Source of the DNA: Actinoplanes sp. N902-109
GTDB lineage: Bacteria; Actinomycetota; Actinomycetes; Mycobacteriales; Micromonosporaceae
NCBI RefSeq assembly: GCF_000389965.1
Contig: NC_021191.1
Coordinates: 1,959,104-1,991,103 of the forward strand
Direction: 5' to 3'
Length of the DNA stretch: 32,000 nt
The notes under the pieces are model-generated. The model was not told where the DNA came from. It worked only from the letters and a program-made list of their open reading frames with translations, and did no database searches. Shown here piece by piece: positions 1 through 9,152 of this stretch (positions are counted from its first letter, which is position 1; each line of letters begins with the position of its first letter). The translations under genes and the position numbers were made by a program.

Positions 1-158
1 TCGGGATTGGCATTGCCGCGCACCCAAGCGACCGAATCACTTGACCTGATGCGGGCTGTTCGGCCGACCGGCTGGCGACCATCGGCCGGTCAAGATGCCG
101 GCCTGCATGACCGGGTCCGCGCTGAGCACCGCCACATGTGCTCGGGCTGGTCCGGGGC

Positions 159-574
<416 letters not shown>

Positions 575-650
575 AACGGTCATCCTACAGCCGGGGCCGG
601 AGCGCCACGGCGCGGCAGGGCTGGCCGCGGCGCTCCGGGGGGAGGAAGGC

Positions 651-1427
651 TCAGGAGCGGGCGCGCTGGCCGGGGATGTCGCGTTTGCCGGGGACCGCGC
701 AGAACTCGTTGCCTTCGGGGTCGGCCAGCAGCCAGTGGCCGTCGCTGATGTCGCAGGGCATCGGTTCGAACGGGCGGCGCAGGACGGTCGCGCCGAGTTT
801 GACGAGTTCCAGCGGGTCGGGGTCGCGCAGGTTGAGGTGCCAGTGCATGCGGTTGGGGCCGGTCCGGGGCTCGGGCACCGGGTCGAAGGTCATGTAGTCC
901 CAGGGAAAGTCGGGGGCGCCCTTCACGGCTGCCGCCTCACCTTCGGGTTCGACGGAGCCGCCGAGCACCCGGCCCCACCAGAAGGCCAGCGCGTGGGCGT
1001 TGCCGCATTTGACGACGATTTCGAAGACCCCGGCGGGGCGGTCGTCGACGGCTGCGAACGTACAGAACTCGTTGCCCTCCGGGTCCTGGAGCACCCACCA
1101 GGGGTCGTCGCCGGGCTCGCGCACCAGGGTGGCGCCCGCGTCGAGCAGCGGGGCGGGGTCGGGGCCGGGCAGGCGGACGTCGAAATGGACGCGGGCCGGG
1201 TCGTCGCCGATCGTCCGGGTGGGCAGCAGCCGGATCTTCTCGGCGTGGGCGCGCTGCGGTCCGGGGCTCAGCACCAGCCGGTCGGGGTGGAACGTTGCGG
1301 ACGGCAGAATCCGTTGCCAGAACGCGGCGAGCCGGCGGGGGTCCCGGGCTTGCAGGGCCACACCGTCGAAGTGCGCCAGGGGTAAGACAAAATTAGACAA
1401 TTCCTCGTTCAGCACGGGTTGTTTCAT
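651..1427 (-). CDS. VOC family (glyoxalase-like, two-domain) protein
   Basis: ORF with two repeated 'ALQARDPRRLAAFW' / 'NLRDPDPLELVKLGATVLRR...LLADPEGNEFC' VOC-like halves. Start uncertain; it may lie downstream of the AT-rich element at 1383-1402. Confidence 0.75.
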   Translation of the reverse strand: MKQPVLNEELSNFVLPLAHFDGVALQARDPRRLAAFWQRILPSATFHPDRLVLSPGPQRAHAEKIRLLPTRTIGDDPARVHFDVRLPGPDPAPLLDAGATLVREPGDDPWWVLQDPEGNEFCTFAAVDDRPAGVFEIVVKCGNAHALAFWWGRVLGGSVEPEGEAAAVKGAPDFPWDYMTFDPVPEPRTGPNRMHWHLNLRDPDPLELVKLGATVLRRPFEPMPCDISDGHWLLADPEGNEFCAVPGKRDIPGQRARS

Positions 1428-1526
1428 GAGATACCGCATGCCGTGTTCACCATGGCGGCAAACTCGCGTATTCGGGTGACGCATTCGCAGCAAACTTTCA
1501 GGAAGCGGGCCCTAGCATTACCGCTC

Positions 1527-1985
1527 ATGGACGATGAATCGGCGCTCGGCAGCATCGAGACTCAGGTCGCGATGCTGATCCGGCTGGGTGAGGCCACCCG
1601 GCGCAGCTCGCCGCGACCGCATCGGGCGCTGGACCGGGCTGCCTACGTGATCCTGCGGTTGCTGCGCGAGTCCGGGCCGCAGAACATCTCCACCGTCGCG
1701 CAGCGGCTCAGCCTCGACGGTTCCACGGTGACGCGCCAGGTCAGCGCCATGCACCGGGAGGGGCTGGTGGAGCGCAGCCCCGATCCCGACGACGGGCGCG
1801 GCACCGTCATCGCCGCCACCAAGCGCGGGCTCGACCAGGTCGAGGCGGTCAGCAAGGCGCGCCGCGAGTTGTACGACACCATCCTCAAGGACTGGAACGC
1901 CCAGGATCGCGCGGATCTCGCCGTCGCACTGGAACGGCTGACCCACGACATGGACGCCTACATGAAGGGCCGCGGCCCCAACTGA
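1527..1985 (+). CDS. MarR-family transcriptional regulator
   Basis: Winged-helix region 'ALDRAAYVILRLLRESGPQNISTVAQRLSLDGSTVTRQVSAMHREGLVERSPDPDDGRGTVIAATKRG'; divergent from the VOC gene. Confidence 0.85.
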   Translation: MDDESALGSIETQVAMLIRLGEATRRSSPRPHRALDRAAYVILRLLRESGPQNISTVAQRLSLDGSTVTRQVSAMHREGLVERSPDPDDGRGTVIAATKRGLDQVEAVSKARRELYDTILKDWNAQDRADLAVALERLTHDMDAYMKGRGPN

Positions 1986-2013
1986 TCCGGGGCCGCGGCA
2001 CGGGCAGGGCGGG

Positions 2014-3660
2014 TCAGGTCGAGGAGCCGATGGCGTCCGGCGTGGTTCGTTCCTGCTCCAGGCGCGGGTCGCCGGCGTCGGCGAAGTAGTCGTCGGTCGT
2101 CGTGCCGTCCGCGCCGTCCGGGGTCTTCGCCGCCCGCAGGACCAGCGTCACGATCACCGCGACCAGCAGGTTGACCGCCACGGCCACGAAGCCGACATAG
2201 ATGGTCCTCGGGGTGTCGAAACCGAAGTCGTTCAACGGGAACGCCGAACCGCCGAAGTGGGCGCGCTTGGTGGCCGCGTTGGGGATGTCGTAGAGCATCC
2301 ACATCCCCAGGCCCATGCCCGCGATCCAGCCGGCGATCAGACCGCCACGATGGAACCAGCGGGTGAACAGGCCCAGCGCCACCGACGGTGCCGTCTGCAG
2401 GATGATGACGCCACCGATGAGCTGCAGGTCGATGGAGAACTGCGGGTCGAGGAAGATGATGCAGGCAACCGCGCCCACCTTGACCAGCAGCGAGGTGATC
2501 TTGGAGACCTTGGCCTCCTGCGCCGGGGTGGCGTCGCGCCGCAGGTATTCCTTGTAGATGTTGCGGGTGAACAGATTGGCTGCCGCGATCGACATGATGG
2601 CCGCCGGCACCAGCGCGCCGATACCGATGGCCGCGAATGCGACCCCCGCGAACCAGGACGGGAATTGCTGATCGAACAGCAGCGGTACGACCGTGTTGCT
2701 GTCGACGCTGCCGGCCTTCGCGCCGGGCAGCGGTTTCACCCCGGCCGAGATGGCCATGTAACCGAGCAGGGCGATCAGGCCGAGCAGGAAACTGTAGGCG
2801 GGCAGCGCCGACATGTTCCGCTTGATGACGTTGCGGTTCTTGCTCGCCAGCACACCGGTGATGCTGTGCGGGTAGAGGAACAGCGCGAGCGCCGACCCCA
2901 GCGCCAGCGTGATGTATTGCAACTGGTTGTTGGCGTTGAGCGTGATGCCGTCGCCCGGTGCCGGTGAGGCCTGGAACTTGGCCTGCGCGTCGTCGAAGAT
3001 GGAACCCCAGCCGCCCAGCTTGTACGGCAGGTACAGCACCGCCACCACGATGACGATGTAGATCAGCGTGTCCTTCACGAAAGCGATCAGCGCGGGTGCG
3101 CGCAGCCCCGATTGATACGTGTACGCCGCCAGGATCGCGAACGCGATGATGATCGGCAGATGCCGGGCGAGCGCGCTGTCACCGGTCACGCCCATCGTCT
3201 TGAGCACCGCTTCGATACCGATCAACTGCAGGGCGATGTACGGCATGGTCGCCACGATCCCGGTGATCGCGACGAGCAACGCCAGTGTGGGCGAACCGAA
3301 CCGCGTCCGTACGAAATCGGCCGGGGTGACGAATCCGTGCCGGTGCGACACCGACCAGAGCCGGATCAGGACGAGGAAGAAAATCGGATAGACGATGATC
3401 GTGTACGGAACGGCGAAGAACCCTGCCGCTCCCGCCCCGAAGATGAGCGCCGGCACCGCCACGAAGGTGTACGCGGTGTAGAGGTCACCGCCGACCAGGA
3501 ACCAGGTGATCCAGCCGCCGAAGCTGCGCCCGCCGAGTCCCCATTCGTCCAGGTGTGCCATGTCCTTCGGGGCGCGCCACCGGGCGGCCACGAAACCCAC
3601 TGCGGACACCAGCAGGAACAAAAACGTGAAGACGACGATCTCGGTGATGTGGTCGCTCAT
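2014..3660 (-). CDS. mctP: Sodium:solute symporter family (MctP-like monocarboxylate permease)
   Basis: Multi-spanning 548-aa ORF, 'GGRSFGGWITWFLVGGDLYTAYTFVAVPALIFGAGAAGFFAVPYTI'; paired with a DUF3311-type small protein immediately upstream. Confidence 0.8.
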   Translation of the reverse strand: MSDHITEIVVFTFLFLLVSAVGFVAARWRAPKDMAHLDEWGLGGRSFGGWITWFLVGGDLYTAYTFVAVPALIFGAGAAGFFAVPYTIIVYPIFFLVLIRLWSVSHRHGFVTPADFVRTRFGSPTLALLVAITGIVATMPYIALQLIGIEAVLKTMGVTGDSALARHLPIIIAFAILAAYTYQSGLRAPALIAFVKDTLIYIVIVVAVLYLPYKLGGWGSIFDDAQAKFQASPAPGDGITLNANNQLQYITLALGSALALFLYPHSITGVLASKNRNVIKRNMSALPAYSFLLGLIALLGYMAISAGVKPLPGAKAGSVDSNTVVPLLFDQQFPSWFAGVAFAAIGIGALVPAAIMSIAAANLFTRNIYKEYLRRDATPAQEAKVSKITSLLVKVGAVACIIFLDPQFSIDLQLIGGVIILQTAPSVALGLFTRWFHRGGLIAGWIAGMGLGMWMLYDIPNAATKRAHFGGSAFPLNDFGFDTPRTIYVGFVAVAVNLLVAVIVTLVLRAAKTPDGADGTTTDDYFADAGDPRLEQERTTPDAIGSST

Positions 3661-3664
3661 GGGA

Positions 3665-3871
3665 TCACCGCTTCCGGGTCATCTGAAAGACGACGCTTGT
3701 CGTGGCGACACCGACGAGGATGAAGGCGAACTGCAGCCAGTAGAACGCCGGGAAGCCCCAGAGCCGCGGGGAGTCGGCGTTGAACAGCGGCGTGATCAGG
3801 GGCAAGGCGATCGGGATGACCAGCAGCCAGTTCCACGGGCTGCGGTCGCTGCGGGGTTTCGGTTCCGTCAT
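3665..3871 (-). CDS. DUF3311-like small membrane protein, symporter accessory
   Basis: 'MTEPKPRSDRSPWNWLLVIPIALPLITPLFNADSPRLWGFPAFYWLQFAFILVGVATTSVVF', directly upstream of the symporter. Confidence 0.75.
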   Translation of the reverse strand: MTEPKPRSDRSPWNWLLVIPIALPLITPLFNADSPRLWGFPAFYWLQFAFILVGVATTSVVFQMTRKR

Positions 3872-3993
3872 GGCAATAACCTCCCAGTGGCCGCACGTTA
3901 CCGAGAGGTTTCCGGCCGGGGTGTCCCGCTCTTGATCCGGTTGCGCCGAGCGGCAAGGGCGGTGCGCCGAACGGCACACCGCCCTTGCGAGGT

Positions 3994-5250
3994 TCACAAA
4001 CCGGCAGCTACCGCACGGGTCAGCGACGCCTGCGCGTCATCGCCGTCGAGCGACCACATCATCGCCCCGCCCAGCCGCTGGCTGCGGATCCACGCCGTCT
4101 TCTGCGAGATCTGCGCAGGATCGTCGTAGGTCCAGAACGTCGTGCCGTCGAACAGGTACGAGAAGCCGGCCCGCCAGTCCCGGTGCGCGGTGTACCCCTG
4201 GGCCGGCAACGTCTTGAGCACCTTGTAGTCCTCGGTGCCCACCGCGAAGGTGCCCGGCGCCCCACCGGTCGCGGGCTGAAACAACCCCGACGTGCCGGTC
4301 CAGCCCTGCCCGTAGTAGGGGATGCCCAGGACCAGTTGCGACGACGGCGCCCCGCGGCTGCGCCACGCCGTGATGGCGTTCTCGAGCGAGAAGTCGGGGC
4401 TGTCCGGTGCGCCGGCCGGCACCCGGATCGCCGACTGCTGGTTGGTGCGCGTCTCCCACGAGCCGTGGAAGTCGTACCCCTGCACCGTACCGAAATCGAG
4501 GTATTTGAAGATCCTGCGGGCCTCGAACCCGGCATCCATCTTGGCCGGCGCGGCCGGCAGGAAAGCAGTCAGGTCGTAGCGCTTGTGCGTCCTGCGCGAC
4601 AGAGCATCGAGCTGCTTGCGGAACTCCGCGGTCAGCAGCGTGAAATTGTGCTTGTCCTCGGGCCGGACGACATTGCCCGCGTCACCGTCCGAACCGGGCC
4701 ATTCCCAGTCGAGGTCGACCCCGTCGAAAATGCCCTGCGCCACGCCGGCCGACAACCCCGGCAGATTGCCCTTGATCCACAGGTCCACACACGAACTCAC
4801 CAGCTTCTTGCGCGAGGCATCGGTGAGCGCGGCGTCGGAGAAATAGCTGGACCCGCTCCATCCGCCCAACGAGATGAGCACCCGCAGACCGGGGTGCTTA
4901 CGCTTGAGTTCGGCCAGCTGATGGAGGTTCCCGGCGAACGGCTGGTCCGCGGTGTCCGCGACCCCGTCCACACTCAGCGCGGCGGAGAACGGCGTCTGCC
5001 AGTCCGCCCACGGATCGGCCGAATCGCAGACCCCGGCCGCGGTGACCGGCCCGAAAGCGTAATTGAGGTGGGTCAGCCGGCTGGCCGCACCGGACTTGTC
5101 CACCTTGGCCAGCTGGAAGTCGCGGCCATAGATTCCCCACTGCGTGAAGTACCCGACCTTGACGTAACGATCCTTGCTATGAGCCTCGGCGGGCGCGGCG
5201 GCAGCAGTGACGCCGATCAGCGCCGCGACAACGGCGGGAAGGATGCGCAT
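3994..5250 (-). CDS. GH18 family chitinase, secreted
   Basis: Signal peptide 'MRILPAVVAALIGVTAAAAPAEAHS'; GH18 catalytic motif 'FDGVDLDWEWPG' and 'LRVLISLGGWSGS'. Confidence 0.93.
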   Translation of the reverse strand: MRILPAVVAALIGVTAAAAPAEAHSKDRYVKVGYFTQWGIYGRDFQLAKVDKSGAASRLTHLNYAFGPVTAAGVCDSADPWADWQTPFSAALSVDGVADTADQPFAGNLHQLAELKRKHPGLRVLISLGGWSGSSYFSDAALTDASRKKLVSSCVDLWIKGNLPGLSAGVAQGIFDGVDLDWEWPGSDGDAGNVVRPEDKHNFTLLTAEFRKQLDALSRRTHKRYDLTAFLPAAPAKMDAGFEARRIFKYLDFGTVQGYDFHGSWETRTNQQSAIRVPAGAPDSPDFSLENAITAWRSRGAPSSQLVLGIPYYGQGWTGTSGLFQPATGGAPGTFAVGTEDYKVLKTLPAQGYTAHRDWRAGFSYLFDGTTFWTYDDPAQISQKTAWIRSQRLGGAMMWSLDGDDAQASLTRAVAAGL

Positions 5251-5275
5251 GAGCCCTCCAGGGGCAAAGCGTAAA

Positions 5276-5284
5276 GAAACTTTC
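5276..5284. promoter_or_regulatory. Candidate palindromic operator upstream of the chitinase
   Basis: GAAA-C-TTTC palindrome (context AAGAAACTTTCCT) 26 bp before the chitinase start. Confidence 0.4.
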
Positions 5285-5352
5285 CTGATTCGCAGAAGCT
5301 AAGCGCGCCACCCGGCGCAGTCAAGACAGGATGCGTCGACCGTCAGGTGGCG

Positions 5353-6069
5353 TCACGGGCGGCCGATGGCCCGGTCGAGGTCCTCGATCAGGTCGCGCGG
5401 GGGGTTCGGGTCGAGCCGGTGCCACAGGTCCCGGCCCAGGTGCCACGCTGCCCGCACGTCCTCGTGGGTACGGTCGAAGCGCGCCACGAGCGCGAGGTCC
5501 AGCTCCGCCTCCGCCTGCCGGGACGGGGTCAGCCAGTGCCCGGTGCGGCCGGACGCCAGCCGGGCCATCCACAGCAGGTGCCGCTGGGCGTGGGCCAGGG
5601 CGTCCCGCCGGCGCAGCGTCTCACCCCGCCGGCCGACGTGGTGGGCCAGCAGCAGCCAGTTGGCGAAGCGACCGCAGATGTCGGCGGACATGTCGATCGG
5701 GGCGGCCGGCTGGGGCAGGGCGGCGCGGCGGTCGACGAGGGGAACCACCGGGGCGGCCGGCCAGGCGGCCACCGCTGCCATGTCCGCCGTCCCGGCGAAG
5801 TGGAATTCGCCCCGGATCAGGCCCGGGAAGATGGCGACGTGCGCGCCGAACTCGTTGAGCAGCACGTACCGGGCCGGGGACACGCGGTTGATCCAGGCGG
5901 CCGGGTCGGGCTGCGGCCGGGCGAAGAACAGCCAGAACTCGATGTCGCTGTGCTCGTCCGCGGTGCCCTGCGCGAACGAGCCGTACATCAGCGCCGCGTC
6001 CAGCGCCGGGTCCTCCAGGCAGGCCTGCCGGACCTTGTCGATCAGTTCCCGTTGCGGTCCGTCATGCAC
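5353..6069 (-). CDS. Nucleotidyltransferase-domain protein (lincosamide nucleotidyltransferase Lnu-like)
   Basis: Motif 'LMYGSFAQGTADEHSDIEFWLFF'; probable GTG start 20 bp after the transaldolase stop, same strand. Confidence 0.75.
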   Translation of the reverse strand: MHDGPQRELIDKVRQACLEDPALDAALMYGSFAQGTADEHSDIEFWLFFARPQPDPAAWINRVSPARYVLLNEFGAHVAIFPGLIRGEFHFAGTADMAAVAAWPAAPVVPLVDRRAALPQPAAPIDMSADICGRFANWLLLAHHVGRRGETLRRRDALAHAQRHLLWMARLASGRTGHWLTPSRQAEAELDLALVARFDRTHEDVRAAWHLGRDLWHRLDPNPPRDLIEDLDRAIGRP

Positions 6070-6089
6070 AACGGGACAGCGTAGGCGCG

Positions 6090-7955
6090 TCAGGAGTGCG
6101 CTGCATGCAGCGCTGTGGTGACCTTCTTCAGCATCTCGCTGCCCTCCTCCAGCGATGCGCTCCAGAAGACGAGCCCGTGCCGCCGTACGTAGATGATCTG
6201 GCTCTGCAGCGCGGCCTTGGCGACCGCCTCGGCCAGCGGGATGCTGCCGTACTCCTTGGGCGGGATGACCAGGACGTCGATCAGGCCGAGCTCGTCGTCG
6301 TCCGGGATGTAGTGGTTGTGCACGACGAACGCGGCGTCGACGGTGGTGCGCATCAGGTAGTGCATGTACGACTCGGCCGACGGCGTTCCGGTGCCGCGGC
6401 ACTGCAGGGTGGTACCGGTGCAGTCCTGCAGCTCGACGAAGTCGGCCGGGGTCAGATCCTTGATGTACGACCCGGTGGCGGTGACGAACGTGCTGCCGTC
6501 GCGCTGGAAGCTGATGTTGCCGGCGGAGTCCGTCTGGTGCTCGAAGACACCGGCGAGCTGGCCCAGGTAGCGGGCACCCTCGTAGGCCGGGCGGTCGATG
6601 TCGAGGGCTTCGCGGCGCAGCATGATGTCCGCCCAGCGCCGCGCCGGGAGCTGGCCGGCCGGTGCGTGCCCGGTCTCCGGTGCCGGCTGCTGCGCGGCAG
6701 CGGTCGTGGGCTCGCAATATTTGATCTCGGTGCGGGTGGCCAGCAGGTCCTTGACGCCGCGGGCGATGGGCTCGGGATCCGCGTCCCGCAGCAGCAGCGC
6801 GGCCAGCCAGTCGGCGATCAGGTCGAAGTCGGCGTTGGTGAAGCCGCGGCGGACGACCTCCTGCACGCCCAGGCGCATCGTGTCGGTCTGCTCGAAGGCC
6901 ACCGAGCGGTTGACCGCGATGCCCGCCCGCAGGATCCGCTCCAGCAGCGCCGGGCCGGCCCCGAGCGGGCGGTTGTCGACGAAGAACATGTGGTTGCGGG
7001 TGAAGCCACGGTCGGCCGCGATGATCGGCACACCGCGGTCGTGCAGGGCGGACGCGAGGTAGCGGGAACTCTCCACGACCCTGCTCGCGTACTCCCGGCC
7101 GTACGTGTACATCTCGTGCAAGGCGATGAACAACGCCAGCGCGGACGCGGTGTGCTGGCTGCTGACCAGCCCGTTGGACATCGTGTAGCTGATCCGCTCC
7201 ATCAGGCCCCGGCTGCGGCCGAGGATGATGCCCTTCTGCGGGCCGAACATCGTCTTGTGCGTGTTGGCCTGCAGGATGTCGGCGCCCTCACCGAGTGGGT
7301 CCTGGAACTGCCCGCCGGCGATCAGACCGAGCGTGTGCGATGCGTCGTACACCAGGGGAACCGGTCCGCAGATCTCCTTGAGCTCGGCCACCGGGAACGG
7401 GAAGAGGTAGTTCATCGCGTCCAGGAACAACAGCTTGGGTCGTTCCCGCTGGAAGATCTCACGGGTCCGGTCCAGGTCGATCTCGGAGATGTCGCGATAG
7501 GCGTACGTGCAGCTGTTACGCCCGAACGTGCGGCAGATCAGCTCGGTGAGGAAATGGCCACCGTCCTTGGTGGAGATCCGCATGATCTTGTCGCCGGGCT
7601 GGGACAGCGCCGCGAAGGTGGTCTGCATCGCGTGAATGCCCGACAGGCAGCGGAACTCGGCGTACTCGGCGCCGAACAGTTGACGGCAGACCTCGGTCGC
7701 GGACGCCTCGATCGCGTTGATCCCGTTCATCCCGCGATAGAGGAAGTTGTTGAGCCGGGACGGCGAATCCTCGCGCATCTCGAGATGCTCGAGCAGATAC
7801 CGGTTCACCAGCGGGCTGGACAACACCTGCTGCGCGGCGGGGGACAGCAGCGTCTCATTGGCCGTCAGGTGCAGCACAGTGCCCGACTCGGACTCCTCCT
7901 GTTCGATCAACCGGGCGACTCGGTTCAGCGTCATGATCGGCTGTGGCATCGACAT
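6090..7955 (-). CDS. 4-fluorothreonine transaldolase (PLP SHMT-like domain fused to class II aldolase/epimerase-like domain)
   Basis: 621 aa; SHMT PLP-lysine motif 'ANTHKTMFGPQKG'; C-terminal aldolase-II features 'GNISFQRDGSTFVTATGS', 'VHNHYI', 'RRHGLVFWS'. This domain order matches Streptomyces cattleya FTase; RBS GGGAGG upstream. Confidence 0.88.
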   Translation of the reverse strand: MSMPQPIMTLNRVARLIEQEESESGTVLHLTANETLLSPAAQQVLSSPLVNRYLLEHLEMREDSPSRLNNFLYRGMNGINAIEASATEVCRQLFGAEYAEFRCLSGIHAMQTTFAALSQPGDKIMRISTKDGGHFLTELICRTFGRNSCTYAYRDISEIDLDRTREIFQRERPKLLFLDAMNYLFPFPVAELKEICGPVPLVYDASHTLGLIAGGQFQDPLGEGADILQANTHKTMFGPQKGIILGRSRGLMERISYTMSNGLVSSQHTASALALFIALHEMYTYGREYASRVVESSRYLASALHDRGVPIIAADRGFTRNHMFFVDNRPLGAGPALLERILRAGIAVNRSVAFEQTDTMRLGVQEVVRRGFTNADFDLIADWLAALLLRDADPEPIARGVKDLLATRTEIKYCEPTTAAAQQPAPETGHAPAGQLPARRWADIMLRREALDIDRPAYEGARYLGQLAGVFEHQTDSAGNISFQRDGSTFVTATGSYIKDLTPADFVELQDCTGTTLQCRGTGTPSAESYMHYLMRTTVDAAFVVHNHYIPDDDELGLIDVLVIPPKEYGSIPLAEAVAKAALQSQIIYVRRHGLVFWSASLEEGSEMLKKVTTALHAAHS

Positions 7956-8064
7956 GAGGTGGCCTCCCGCGCTCCGCTGAATGTCGTCAGCCGAAATCTA
8001 TGAGAGGCGAGCGGCGGGCACAGGTGGGCGCCCGAGCGAAAAAGCGGCATCCACCAACGATGTA

Positions 8065-8077
8065 TCGCACCGTGCGA
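8065..8077. promoter_or_regulatory. Perfect palindrome in the divergent transaldolase/isomerase promoter region
   Basis: TCGCAC-C-GTGCGA between the two divergent genes. Confidence 0.35.
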
Positions 8078-8114
8078 CTTAGCTCCGATGTCACGTCCGA
8101 GGCGGTGAACCATC

Positions 8115-9152
8115 ATGGGACACCCGTTCGCGGATCGGAAGGTGCCCGGTATGCGTGCCATCGACTGGCAGGACGATGCGGTTGTCATCATCGACCAGAC
8201 ACTGCTTCCCGCCCGCGCGGAGTTTCTGGTGCTGCGGCAACCGGAGCAGCTGGTGACCCAGATCCAGCGCCTCGCGGTGCGCGGTGCCATGGCCCTCGGC
8301 GTGGCCGGCGCGATGGGGGTGGCGCTCGGTGCCGTCCGGGCTCGTGAGCAGGGCCGCGACGTGCTGGACGCGGCCCGCGCCGCGGCGGCGCTGGTGAGCC
8401 GGGCACGCCCGACGGCGGTCAACCTGGCGTGGGGGACGGCCCGGGCGCTCGCGTCCGCACCGGACGGTGTCGACGCCGTGGTCGCCACCGCGCTGTCGGT
8501 GCGGGATGCCGACATCGCGGCGAACCGTGCGATCGGTGCCCGCGGGGCGGCCCTGCTGCGCGGTGCCCGGCGGGTGCTGACGCACTGCAACACCGGCGCC
8601 CTGGCATCCGTCGAGGTCGGCACCGCACTGGGTGTGATCGGGCACCTGCACCGGCAGGATCCGCTGGAGATGGTGTTCGCGGCGGAGACCCGGCCGTTGC
8701 TGCAGGGCGCTCGGCTCACCGCATGGGAACTCGGGCAGGCCCGGATGCCGCACCGGATCGTGGTGGACGGCGCGGCGGCCGGTCTGATCCTGAGCGGCGC
8801 CGTGGACGCGGTGGTGGTGGGCGCCGACCGGATCGCGGTCAGCGGTGACACCGCCAACAAGGTGGGCACGGTGGCGCACGCCCTGGCCGCCGCCCGGGCC
8901 GGGATCCCGTTCGTGGTGGCCGCGCCGGAGGCGACGATCGCCGGGGACACCCCGTCGGGAGCGGACATCCCGATCGAGGAACGCGACGAGCAGGAGGTGC
9001 TGTGCGTCGCCGGGCACCGGGTCGCACCGCCCGGCGCGCGGGCGCGCAATCCCGCGTTCGACGTCACCCCGGCCGATCTGATCACCGCGATCGTGACGGA
9101 ACGGCGCGTCATCCCGCTCGGTCGTTCGGACACCGGCGTATCCGCGGCGTGA
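8115..9152 (+). CDS. mtnA: MtnA-family S-methyl-5-thioribose-1-phosphate / 5-fluoro-5-deoxyribose-1-phosphate isomerase
   Basis: Motifs 'AVRGAMALGVAGAMGVAL', 'LTHCNTGALASVEVGTALGVI', 'VVVGADRIAVSGDTANKVGT'. Alternative ATG at 8151 ('MRAIDWQDDAVV') with a better RBS (GGAAGGTG). Confidence 0.88.
   Translation: MGHPFADRKVPGMRAIDWQDDAVVIIDQTLLPARAEFLVLRQPEQLVTQIQRLAVRGAMALGVAGAMGVALGAVRAREQGRDVLDAARAAAALVSRARPTAVNLAWGTARALASAPDGVDAVVATALSVRDADIAANRAIGARGAALLRGARRVLTHCNTGALASVEVGTALGVIGHLHRQDPLEMVFAAETRPLLQGARLTAWELGQARMPHRIVVDGAAAGLILSGAVDAVVVGADRIAVSGDTANKVGTVAHALAAARAGIPFVVAAPEATIAGDTPSGADIPIEERDEQEVLCVAGHRVAPPGARARNPAFDVTPADLITAIVTERRVIPLGRSDTGVSAA

Noticed and set aside
6096-8003. 635-aa plus-strand ORF antisense to the transaldolase
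   Set aside because: Mirror ORF of a confidently identified gene; no domain recognised.
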